From Methylorubrum extorquens (GTDB lineage: Bacteria; Pseudomonadota; Alphaproteobacteria; Rhizobiales; Beijerinckiaceae): DNA of 32,000 bases. The notes under the pieces were generated by a model. That model made no database searches. It was not told where the DNA came from and saw only the letters and a list, made by a program, of their open reading frames with translations. The stretch is taken from NCBI GenBank assembly GCA_900234795.1, contig LT962688.1:3840001-3872000 (forward strand), written 5' to 3'. Positions 23,812-31,232 of this stretch are shown here, piece after piece (position 1 is the stretch's first letter; the number at the start of each line of letters is the position of its first letter). A program made the translations under genes and the position numbers.

Positions 23812-25382
23812 GCGCGCCCGAACATCTCGTCTTCATCACCGGCAAGCTGGCCCATGCCCGCCTCGAAAAGGTCGCGGCCACGCTGCCGGCCGAGCGGTTC
23901 ACCTGGAGCATCGCCGATGCCGGGGTGAAGGTCGCCGCGCTGATGACCGAGGAAATCATCAAGCGGCGGGTGCAGATGCCCGAGGGCGCGACCCGGATCG
24001 TCCTGCCCGGCCGCTGCCGCGCCAACCCGGAGGCGCTGGCGCAGCACTTCGGCCTCCCGGTGGAGCGGGGGCCGGACGAGATCGTTGATTTGCCGGCTTA
24101 TCTTGGCCTGACCGGGCGCAAGGTCGATCTCTCGCGCCACGACCTGCGCATCTTCTCCGAGATCGTCGACGCCTCGAAGATGACGCCCGACCAGATCCTG
24201 GCCAAGGGTCTCGACCTCGCTCGCCGCGGGGCCGACGTGATCGATCTCGGCGGGCTGCCCGATACGGCGTTCCCGCATCTGGAGGACAGCGTGCGGGCGC
24301 TGAAAGGGGCCGGGCTGAAGGTCAGTGTCGATTCCTTCTCCCTCGATGAGCTGACCCGCGGGGCGCGGGCCGGCGCCGACTTCCTGCTGAGCCTCAACGA
24401 GGAGACGCTGGATCTCGCCTTCGAGACCGACGCGGTGCCGATCCTCGTGCCGATGCGCCCCGACGACCTGCCCTCTCTCGACCGCGCCATCGAGCGGATG
24501 GAGCGGGCGGGCCGGCCCTACATGGCCGATCCGATCCTGGAGCCGATTCATTTCGGCTTCGTCGACTCGATCGTCCGCTACCGCGAGATCCGCGCGCGCT
24601 GGCCGAACATCGAGATGATGATGGGCACCGGCAACCTCACCGAACTCACTGAGGCCGACAGCCTCGGCGTCACGGCGCTCCTCATCGGCATGTGCTCGGA
24701 ACTCGCCATCCGCAACGTGCTGATCGTGCAGGTCTCGAACCACACCCGCCGCACGGTGGAGGAGCACGATGCCGCCCGCCGGGTGATGTACGCGGCACGA
24801 GAGGACGCCGCCCTGCCCAAAGGCTATGGCCGCGAGTTGCTGGCGCTGCACGACAAGCGCCCCTTCGTGCAGACCTCCGATGAAATTGCCGCGCTGGCCG
24901 CGGAGGTGCGCGATCCCAATTACCGCATCGCCGTCGCCGAGGACGGCATCCACGTCTACAACCGCGACCGTCACACCACCGGCACCGACGCGATGGCCTT
25001 CTTCCCCGAACTGAGCGTGGAGAGCGACGGCGCGCACGCCTTCTATCTCGGCGGAGAACTGACGAAGGCCGAGACCGCGTTCCGCCTCGGCAAGCGCTAC
25101 GTGCAGGACGAACCCCTCGATTGGGGCTGCGCCGCCGACCGGACCCAGGAAGACACCACCGCCTTCAAGGCGGCCGGGCCGACGAAAGCCGCCCACACCA
25201 AGCATAGCGGCCCCGAGGCGCCCACCGCCGAGCGCGCGACCCAGGCCGATCCGGAGCGCGACGCCGCGCCACCGCGGACCGAGACCGGCAGCGGCACGGC
25301 ATCGGAACGCGACCCGCTCAGCGAGCCGAAGGGCGGCCGCATCGTCTGCGGCCGGCTGGTGCCCGACGAGGACCGGAATTAG
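23808..25382 (+). CDS. dihydropteroate-synthase-like pterin-binding protein (methanopterin-pathway DHPS analogue)
   Basis: This is the C-terminal 524 codons of track ORF 23295-25382. ATG 23808 overlaps the upstream stop as ATGA. The pterin-binding-barrel pattern includes GADVIDLGG, GLKVSVDSF, ADFLLSLN and MMMGTGNLTELTEADSLGV. A long low-complexity Pro/Ala/Glu tail follows. Confidence 0.82.
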   Translation: MSAPEHLVFITGKLAHARLEKVAATLPAERFTWSIADAGVKVAALMTEEIIKRRVQMPEGATRIVLPGRCRANPEALAQHFGLPVERGPDEIVDLPAYLGLTGRKVDLSRHDLRIFSEIVDASKMTPDQILAKGLDLARRGADVIDLGGLPDTAFPHLEDSVRALKGAGLKVSVDSFSLDELTRGARAGADFLLSLNEETLDLAFETDAVPILVPMRPDDLPSLDRAIERMERAGRPYMADPILEPIHFGFVDSIVRYREIRARWPNIEMMMGTGNLTELTEADSLGVTALLIGMCSELAIRNVLIVQVSNHTRRTVEEHDAARRVMYAAREDAALPKGYGRELLALHDKRPFVQTSDEIAALAAEVRDPNYRIAVAEDGIHVYNRDRHTTGTDAMAFFPELSVESDGAHAFYLGGELTKAETAFRLGKRYVQDEPLDWGCAADRTQEDTTAFKAAGPTKAAHTKHSGPEAPTAERATQADPERDAAPPRTETGSGTASERDPLSEPKGGRIVCGRLVPDEDRN

Positions 25383-25385
25383 TCA

Positions 25386-25437
25386 TTTCTGCATCGGCTT
25401 TTCCGAAAGCCGGTGGCCACCTTTCGGACCGATGCTC
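25386..25437. repeat. ~50-bp palindromic intergenic element, copy 2 (fills the DHPS-like / DUF447 intergenic gap)
   Basis: The sequence tttctGCATCGgcTTTTCCGAAaGCCGGtggCCACCTTTCGGacCGATGC is the same family as 19190-19242. Its right arm ends 3 nt before ATG 25439, so no free Shine-Dalgarno is visible. Confidence 0.8.
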
Positions 25438-25438
25438 G

Positions 25439-26035
25439 ATGCCGCTGATCCTTGAGACCGTCGTCACCACCCTGTCGGCGGCAGGCGCACTGCATCTCGT
25501 GCCGTTCGGCCTGATCCGCGAGGACGAGGATTTCGTGCTCGCCCCGTTCCGTCCCTCGCCCACGATCGACAACCTCGCCGAGCGCCCCTACTTCACGGCC
25601 TCGGCCCCGAGCGACGTGCGGGTAATCGCAGGCGTCGTCACCGGGCGGCGCGACTGGCCGGTGGTGGATTGCGATCACATTCCCGGCAAACGCCTCGCCG
25701 AATGCTTCGGCCATGCCGAGTTCGAAGTGGCGGCGATCGAGGACGATCCGCAGCGCCCGCGCTACCGCGGGCGGATGGTGCACGCGGTGAGCCACGTGCC
25801 GTTCATCGGCTACAACCGGGCGCAAGCCGCGGTGATCGAGGCGGCGATCCTGTCCACGCGGCTCCACATGCTGGAGCCGGAAAAGGTCCTGACGGAAATG
25901 GCCTATCATGCCATAGCCATTTCCAAGACCGCCGGCCCCGCCGAGCGCGAGGCCTGGGACTGGATCGAGGACAAGGTCGCGGGGGCTCTGGGACGCACCG
26001 GCCGCGTCCTCGACGGGACGAGCCGCCCCCTGTGA
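25439..26035 (+). CDS. DUF447-family protein (flavin-reductase-like split barrel; H4MPT/methylofuran-associated, possibly MfnF-like)
   Basis: The 198-aa ORF reads MPLILETVVTTLSAAGALHLVPFGLIREDEDFVLAPFRPSPTIDNL...GYNRAQAAVIEAAILSTR. The family assignment comes from memory of archaeal and methylotroph DUF447 proteins. Confidence 0.7.
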   Translation: MPLILETVVTTLSAAGALHLVPFGLIREDEDFVLAPFRPSPTIDNLAERPYFTASAPSDVRVIAGVVTGRRDWPVVDCDHIPGKRLAECFGHAEFEVAAIEDDPQRPRYRGRMVHAVSHVPFIGYNRAQAAVIEAAILSTRLHMLEPEKVLTEMAYHAIAISKTAGPAEREAWDWIEDKVAGALGRTGRVLDGTSRPL

Positions 26036-26055
26036 GGCGCCGACAGACTGAACCG

Positions 26056-26610
26056 ATGCTCAAGGAGATACCCGGTTTGAAGCGGATCGCATGGCTCGCC
26101 GCGGCGACGCTCGTCGTCACCACAGTCGGGACGCAAGCCCAGCACGCGCCGACACGACGCAAGATCGTCGAGAGCGTCACGATCGACGCCTCGCCCGACA
26201 AGGTCTGGGCGGTGGTCGGCAACCCGGCCGATGCGGGCTGGATCGAGAACGTAGCGCGCAGCGAACGGCAGGGCAGCGCGGACAAGCCGGTCTTCCGGCT
26301 GACGCTGAAGAACGGCCACGTCATCGTCGAGGAGAGCCGCAAGCTCGATCCCGAGCGCAAGAGCTTCGGCTATTACATCCTCGAGAACGAGGTTACTGAC
26401 CTGCCCGCCAAGGATTACTCGGCCACGATCTCGGTGCAGCCCGAGGGCCCACAGGCGCGGGTCGAGTGGCGGGCCGCGTTCTACCGCGGCCATCCGAACA
26501 ACGACCCGCCGCCCGAACTCAACGACGAGAATTCGGAGAAGCGCGTGCGGGCCTGGATTCATGCCAGCCTTGAGAACCTCAAGGCCCGGCTTGAGAAGAG
26601 CGGCTCCTGA
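26056..26610 (+). CDS. periplasmic SRPBCC (polyketide-cyclase/START-like) protein, MxaD-like, paralogue 1
   Basis: This is the C-terminal part of track ORF 25669-26610. The start is ATG 26056 or, more likely, TTG 26077, which lies 9 nt after AAGGAG and gives (M)KRIAWLAAATLVVTTVGTQAQ. Conserved features are SPDKVWAVVGN and AAFYRGHPNNDPPPELNDE. Confidence 0.8.
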   Translation: MLKEIPGLKRIAWLAAATLVVTTVGTQAQHAPTRRKIVESVTIDASPDKVWAVVGNPADAGWIENVARSERQGSADKPVFRLTLKNGHVIVEESRKLDPERKSFGYYILENEVTDLPAKDYSATISVQPEGPQARVEWRAAFYRGHPNNDPPPELNDENSEKRVRAWIHASLENLKARLEKSGS

Positions 26611-26675
26611 CACAAGTCGCTCGAACGAAGGGTGAGGCTGCCATGCTCGGCGGCTTCAATGGGAGGAGAAAACGC

Positions 26676-27206
26676 ATGAAGTTCAGGACGCTTGCCGCCG
26701 TGGCGGCGCTCGCCACGGTGACTTTTTCCGCGCAAGCACATGGTCCCACGCGGCAGAAGGTGTCGGAGTCGATCGAGATCAACGCCCCCGCCGACAAGGT
26801 CTGGGCGATCGTCGGCAACTTCCAGGACGGAAGCTGGATTCCGGTGGTCGAGAAGACCGAGGGCAAGGGCGGCAACGAGGTCAAGGCGACCCGCACGCTG
26901 ACCCTGAAGGGCGGCGCCACGGTCGAGGAAGAACTCGCCAAATACGACGCCGAGAAGAAGCTTCTCATGTACCGGATCACCAAGGTCGACGTGAAGACCC
27001 TGCCGGTGAACGATTATTCCTCGACGATCGAGCTCGAGGGCGACGGCGCCAAGACCAAGATGACGTGGCGCGGCGCGTTCTACCGCGGCTACATGAACAA
27101 CGATCCGCCGCCCGAGCTGAACGACGAGGCCTCCAAGAAGGCCGTGCTCGGCCTCTACAAGGCGGGCCTGGAGAACGTGAAGGCCAAGGCCGAGAAGGGC
27201 TCGTAA
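26676..27206 (+). CDS. periplasmic SRPBCC protein, MxaD-like, paralogue 2
   Basis: This is the track ORF 26643-27206. ATG 26676 is preceded by GGGAGGAG. The signal peptide is MKFRTLAAVAALATVTFSAQA. PADKVWAIVGN and GAFYRGYMNNDPPPELNDE align with the upstream paralogue. Confidence 0.85.
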   Translation: MKFRTLAAVAALATVTFSAQAHGPTRQKVSESIEINAPADKVWAIVGNFQDGSWIPVVEKTEGKGGNEVKATRTLTLKGGATVEEELAKYDAEKKLLMYRITKVDVKTLPVNDYSSTIELEGDGAKTKMTWRGAFYRGYMNNDPPPELNDEASKKAVLGLYKAGLENVKAKAEKGS

Positions 27207-27222
27207 GGGTTTGACAACATAC

Positions 27223-27400
27223 GGAGCCGGCATGCGCTGCTCACTTCGGCTCACAGGCCGGCTCCTCCCCTCTCCCCTTCGCGGGAGAGGGTGGCCCCCG
27301 AAGGGGGGCGGGTGAGGGGCTGGCTCCGCATTGTCCGGAAGCGTCGCACCCCTCTCCCGCCTCGCATCCGCGAGGCATCCTCCCCCGCAGAGGGGGGAGG
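27223..27400. repeat. cluster of GC-rich palindromic (REP-like) units
   Basis: Five consecutive stem-loops are read directly. They are ggagccggc/gccggctcc (27223-27265), ccctctccc/gggagaggg (27268-27291), gccccc/gggggc (27294-27309), gcctcgc/gcgaggc (27359-27376) and cctccccc/gggggagg (27379-27400). The CCCTCTCCC...GGGAGAGGG style resembles intergenic repeats common in Rhizobiales genomes. Confidence 0.6.
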
Positions 27401-28334
27401 GCATTTATAGCCCTTGCCTACCTTCTGACATCCGGCGCCCCCGCCCTTGCGCAGGAAGCCTTGGTCACGGCGCAACTCGGCAACGCCGTCGAGATCATCG
27501 ACCTCGCGTCCAAGACGATCCTGCAATCGATCCCCGTACCGGGGGGCGCCGGCGGGCATCGCCGTCTCGCCCGACCGGAAGACGGCCTACGTCACCCGCC
27601 CCGAGGGCCACGGCGTCTCGGTGATCGATCTCGACGCGCGCCAGGTGAGCGCGAGCCTCGATCTGCCCGGCGGCCCGCTCGGCATCGGCGTCAACCCGAA
27701 ATCCGGCGAGGTCTACGTCGCCGACTGGTACGGTGCGCGCGTCTTCGTGCTGCGCCCGAATGCGGAGGGCCTGACGCTGGAGGGCGAGATCGCCACCGGG
27801 AAATCTCCCTCCGGCATCGCGGTGACGCCGGACGGCGCCACGCTGCTGGTGGCCAACCGCGAATCCGACTCGATCTCGATCATCGACGTGGGAAGCCGCC
27901 GCGAGACGCGGCGCGTGTCCGTGGGCCAGCACCCATTCGGCCTGACCCTCTCGGCGGACGGTGCCACCGCCTACACCGCCAACGTGATCTCGAACGACGT
28001 CTCGGCCATCGACGTCGCCGCCGGCCGCGAGACCGGCCGCGTCGCCACCGGCCAGCGGCCCTACGTGATCGCGTTCGCCGCCGGCAAAGGCTTCGTGACC
28101 GACCAGTATTCCAACACCGTCACGGTGTTCGACCCGGCCAGCTTGAAGAAATTGGCCGCGATCGATGTCGGCGATCATCCCGAGGGGATCGCCGCCACCC
28201 GCGACGGGAAGACGATCGTCGTCGCCAATTGGGGCGACAACGCCTTGAGCTTGATCGATCCGTCGAGCCTCACGGTCACCGGCACGATCGCGACCGGCGA
28301 CGGGCCGCGCGCCTTCGGGGATTTCCTAAGGTAA
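27377..28334 (+). pseudogene. second YVTN-repeat beta-propeller gene, disrupted (no canonical start, +1 frameshift in a G6 run)
   Basis: The frame of track ORF 27461 encodes ...RAFIALAYLLTSGAPALAQEALVTAQLGNAVEIIDLASKTILQSIPVPG. The repeat then continues in the frame of track ORF 27447 as APAGIAVSPDRKTAYVTRPEGHGVSVIDL... through to 28334. The switch occurs at GGGGGG 27541-27546. Upstream, the signal-peptide frame has only an ATC (27377) where an ATG would be expected. Confidence 0.6.
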
Positions 28335-28336
28335 AG

Positions 28337-28537
28337 TCAGGCCGCCGCGGGCGGGTCGCCGGAGCCCGTCTCGGTGGGCGAGTTGAGGACATCCTCCAGC
28401 TCATCCACGAGGCGGTCGATCTGATCCTCGCTCGCCAGCACCCGCGTGGTCCGGCCGTCTTCGGTGACGAAGGCCAGCTCGATCGCCTCCCCGGTGCGGG
28501 TGGCCAGGATGCGGGCGAGCTTGTTTCCTGCGGTCAT
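28337..28537 (-). CDS. 66-aa acidic hypothetical protein downstream of the hydantoinase-like gene
   Basis: This is the track ORF 28337-28567. The internal start MTAGNKLARILATRTGEAIELAFVTEDGRTTRVLASEDQIDRLVDELEDVLNSP... is preceded by AAGGAGAG. Its stop is 2 nt from the convergent propeller stop. Confidence 0.55.
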   Translation of the reverse strand: MTAGNKLARILATRTGEAIELAFVTEDGRTTRVLASEDQIDRLVDELEDVLNSPTETGSGDPPAAA

Positions 28538-28589
28538 GCGCCTCTCCTTGTGACATGTCCCCGTCAACGCGCGGGAACGGCCCCGTTCC

Positions 28590-29624
28590 TCACCCGATCA
28601 AGCCGACGGCCACTGCCGGACCGCAGGTCGAAACCCAGGCGGGATCCTCACCGTTCAAGCACCCGGCGATGGTCTCGGTGAGCGGCACCGGGCGGCGTCC
28701 GAGCCGGGCGGCCAGCCGCTCGGCCAGGAAGCGGCCGGCGCCGCAGACGACGAGCGGCGCATCCTCGGGCAGATCGGAGCGCGACAGCAGAATCGCGGCG
28801 GCATCGTGCAGGGGGCGCAGCTGCGCCTCGGCAAACCACGCGGCCAGCGCCCGCCATTCCTCGGCGCTCCCCTCCCCCCGGTCGCGGCCGACCATGCGGG
28901 CGAGCCGGATTTCGGTCTCGGGGATCGACTTGCCCTTCAGGTCGGCGCTGTATTGCTGGTCGGCGCCCTCCGGCAGGTCGCCGGTGAGCCGATAGATGTC
29001 GGCGGTGCTGGCAAAGGTCTCGGCCATCAGCCGCGTGCGCCGGCCGCGCCAGGGCGCGTGGGTGGCAAAGGCGAGGAGCGGCGTGCGCACCACGCCGGTA
29101 TAGACCAGCTCGCCCGTCTCCAGCCGCTCGGCGTCGCTGTAGCCCTGCGCGGCGGGCTGGCCCCCGACGATCGGGATCAGGTCGGCGGTGGTCGAGCCGA
29201 TATCGACCAGCAGCGCATGAGGGACGTGCCGGCCGATCAGGGCCGCGGTGGCATGCCAGTTGGCCGAGGCGATATCGGCGGCGTGCGCGCGAGCATTGTC
29301 GGCCGAGACGAAGCCGGCACGGCCGGCATAGATCCGCACGCTGCCTTTGAGCGTCGCAGCCGCCCAGGCGGAAAGCTGATGCACCCCGTCCGCCCGGTCG
29401 GCGAAGCAATCGGTCAGCTCGCCGGTCATGGTGACGGCGTGCGTGGCCTCGCCCCGCACCCAGTCCGGCAATTGCGCGAACGTCTCATCGAGGGCGGGGA
29501 CGCCGCGCCAGAGCCGGCAGGGCGCCTGCACCGCCTCGACCACGCGGCCCTCCTCGACGAGCGCCGCCTTGACATGCACCCCGCCGAGATCCCACCCGAT
29601 GACCCTGGTTCCAGTCCGGTTCAC
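28590..29624 (-). CDS. hydantoinase/oxoprolinase-like (ASKHA-fold) protein of the H4MPT-linked C1 gene set
   Basis: This is the C-terminal ~344 codons of track ORF 28590-30305. The ASKHA phosphate-1 motif VIGWDLGGVHVKAA requires a start just upstream, and only GTG at 29624 or 29636 is available. LLVDIGSTTADLIPI is the second ATPase motif. From memory this corresponds to orf9 next to fae in AM1. Confidence 0.8.
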   Translation of the reverse strand: MNRTGTRVIGWDLGGVHVKAALVEEGRVVEAVQAPCRLWRGVPALDETFAQLPDWVRGEATHAVTMTGELTDCFADRADGVHQLSAWAAATLKGSVRIYAGRAGFVSADNARAHAADIASANWHATAALIGRHVPHALLVDIGSTTADLIPIVGGQPAAQGYSDAERLETGELVYTGVVRTPLLAFATHAPWRGRRTRLMAETFASTADIYRLTGDLPEGADQQYSADLKGKSIPETEIRLARMVGRDRGEGSAEEWRALAAWFAEAQLRPLHDAAAILLSRSDLPEDAPLVVCGAGRFLAERLAARLGRRPVPLTETIAGCLNGEDPAWVSTCGPAVAVGLIG

Positions 29625-29627
29625 GCG

Positions 29628-30323
29628 ATGTCTCACGGTTCTGAGGGGCGGCCGTTTCGGCTGATCCCGGTGATCGACCTGCGCCACGGGCAGGTGGTGC
29701 GCGCCCGCGCGGGCGAGCGTGACGCCTATGCCCCGATCGACACCCCCTTGGCCAGAGGCTCGCGGCCCGCGGACGTGGCTCGCGGCCTTCTCGAGGCCGT
29801 CGGGGGGGACCGGCTCTACGTCGCCGACCTCGACGCGATCATGGAGGGCCGGGCGCCCGACCGCGCCAGCCTGGAGGCGGTGGCCGGCGCCTGCCCCGGA
29901 GTGACGCTGTGGGTCGATGCCGGTTTCTCGGATTTCCCGGGCGTCGCGCGTTTCACCGCGTTCGGGCTCGGTCGCCCGGTGATCGGCAGCGAGAGCCAGC
30001 GGGATGCGGATCTCGTGCGCGCGCTCGGCAACCGTGCCGTGCTCTCCCTCGACAGCCGGGGCACGGAACGGCTCGGACCGGACGCCCTGCACGACGATGC
30101 GGAGGCGTGGCCCGAGGATGTGATCGTGATGACGCTGGCACGGGTCGGGACCGGGACCGGCCCCGATCTTTCCGGGGTGTCGCGGGCCGTCGAGGCGGGC
30201 GGGGGCCGGCGGATCTACGCGGCGGGCGGCGTGCGCGGGCCGGAGGATGTCGCGCATCTCGCGCGGATCGGCGCTGCGGGCGCGCTCGTCGCCTCGGCGA
30301 TCCATGACGGGCAGCTGCGCTGA
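29628..30323 (+). CDS. HisA/HisF-fold (beta/alpha-barrel) protein of the H4MPT-linked C1 gene set
   Basis: This is the C-terminal 231 codons of track ORF 28806-30323, from ATG 29628. MSHGSEGRPFRLIPVIDLRHGQVVRA...LYVADLDAI...IYAAGGVRGPEDVAHLARIGAAGALVASAIHDG is the HisA/HisF pattern. From memory this corresponds to orf17. Confidence 0.82.
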   Translation: MSHGSEGRPFRLIPVIDLRHGQVVRARAGERDAYAPIDTPLARGSRPADVARGLLEAVGGDRLYVADLDAIMEGRAPDRASLEAVAGACPGVTLWVDAGFSDFPGVARFTAFGLGRPVIGSESQRDADLVRALGNRAVLSLDSRGTERLGPDALHDDAEAWPEDVIVMTLARVGTGTGPDLSGVSRAVEAGGGRRIYAAGGVRGPEDVAHLARIGAAGALVASAIHDGQLR

Positions 30324-30340
30324 GGTTCAGGGCAGGCCCC

Positions 30341-30369
30341 AAAAAGAAAGGGACGGCCGAAGCCGTCCC
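30341..30369 (-). terminator. intrinsic terminator of fae
   Basis: A perfect 8-bp stem, gggacggc (30350-30357) / gccgtccc (30362-30369), has a tetraloop. On the minus strand it is followed by TTTCTTTTT (plus-strand aaaaagaaa at 30341-30349). Confidence 0.8.
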
Positions 30370-30462
30370 AATCCACTAACGTCCAAGGAAGATCGAAGCC
30401 AGTCGCTGGAGCAGACCCCGCGGTGCGGGCGGAGGCTCGCTCTGCCCAGGACTGCCTCCGAT

Positions 30463-30975
30463 CTAAGCGTTGGCGGCGAAGGGGTGGGTCGCCGACTTAC
30501 GCTGCTCCGTGACGACCGAAGCCTTCGGCTCGCCGTTGACGGCGCGCTGGATCGAGAGCTTGGTGGCCTCGTAGTTGTACTTCTGGATCTTGGCGTCGTC
30601 GGCCGCTTCCCAGTGGATGAACACGCCGACCAGCACGTACAGGTCGTCGGCTTCGTCAGCCGGGATGATGCCTTCGGCAACCGCGTCCTGCACGGCCATG
30701 GCGACGCCATGCTGGGCCGGGCCAAACATCTGGACGGCCTGACGGGCGTCGTTGATGGTGACCTTGTTGAACATCAGCGTGTTCGGCTTGCACGGCAGGT
30801 TCGGCGCGATCACGGCGAGCAGGCTGGTGAAGCCGTGCTTGTTGTTGACCAGACCGTTGCAGAAGGCCGTCTCGGCCGGCGAACCGCGCGGTCCGATGAT
30901 GAGGTCGATGTGAGCGACTTCGTTGCCATCGCCGACGAGGGCCTCGCCGACCTGAACCTTGGTGATTTTTGCCAT
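30463..30975 (-). CDS. fae: formaldehyde-activating enzyme (5,6,7,8-tetrahydromethanopterin hydro-lyase)
   Basis: This is the C-terminal 170 codons of track ORF 30463-31218, from the ATG at the complement of 30973-30975. The sequence [88 protein letters not shown]... is recognised as Fae. The RBS is GGGAGAG. Confidence 0.97.
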
Positions 30976-30999
30976 TCGGGGTCTCTCCCTGGATTCCTG

Positions 31000-31031
31000 A
31001 AAAAAGGCCCGCCCTGAGAGGAGGCGGGGCC
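31000..31031 (-). promoter_or_regulatory. terminator-like hairpin plus U6 inside the fae leader, about 25 nt upstream of the start codon
   Basis: The minus strand reads GGCCCCGCC-tcctctcag-GGCGGGCC-TTTTTT-caggaatccagggagagaccccgaATG. That is an 8-bp GC stem with one bulge (plus 31006-31031) and a T6 run (plus A6 at 31000-31005). Confidence 0.55.
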
Positions 31032-31232
31032 TGGAAGCCATCCTTGTTTGCGGCGCCCGGCTGAGAGCCGAGCCGGTTTGCCCGGATAGCGGGGCGGACC
31101 CTACAGCGGGCCATTCCGCCGAACAACCCGCGCAAAGCCCTGAAATCTGCGATTTTTTGGAGGCCGGGGGGCCTTGACGCGACAAGATTCGTCCCCTCGC
31201 GGGCGAGGGCTCGACCAAGGCTCAGCAAAGGC

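Noticed and set aside
28806-29627. N-terminal 274 codons of the 505-aa + strand ORF 28806-30323, and the 571-aa minus ORF extending to 30305
   Set aside because: Each extension is the antisense shadow of the neighbouring real gene. Recognisable HisA/F-like sequence starts only at ATG 29628, and ASKHA sequence starts only near 29624.
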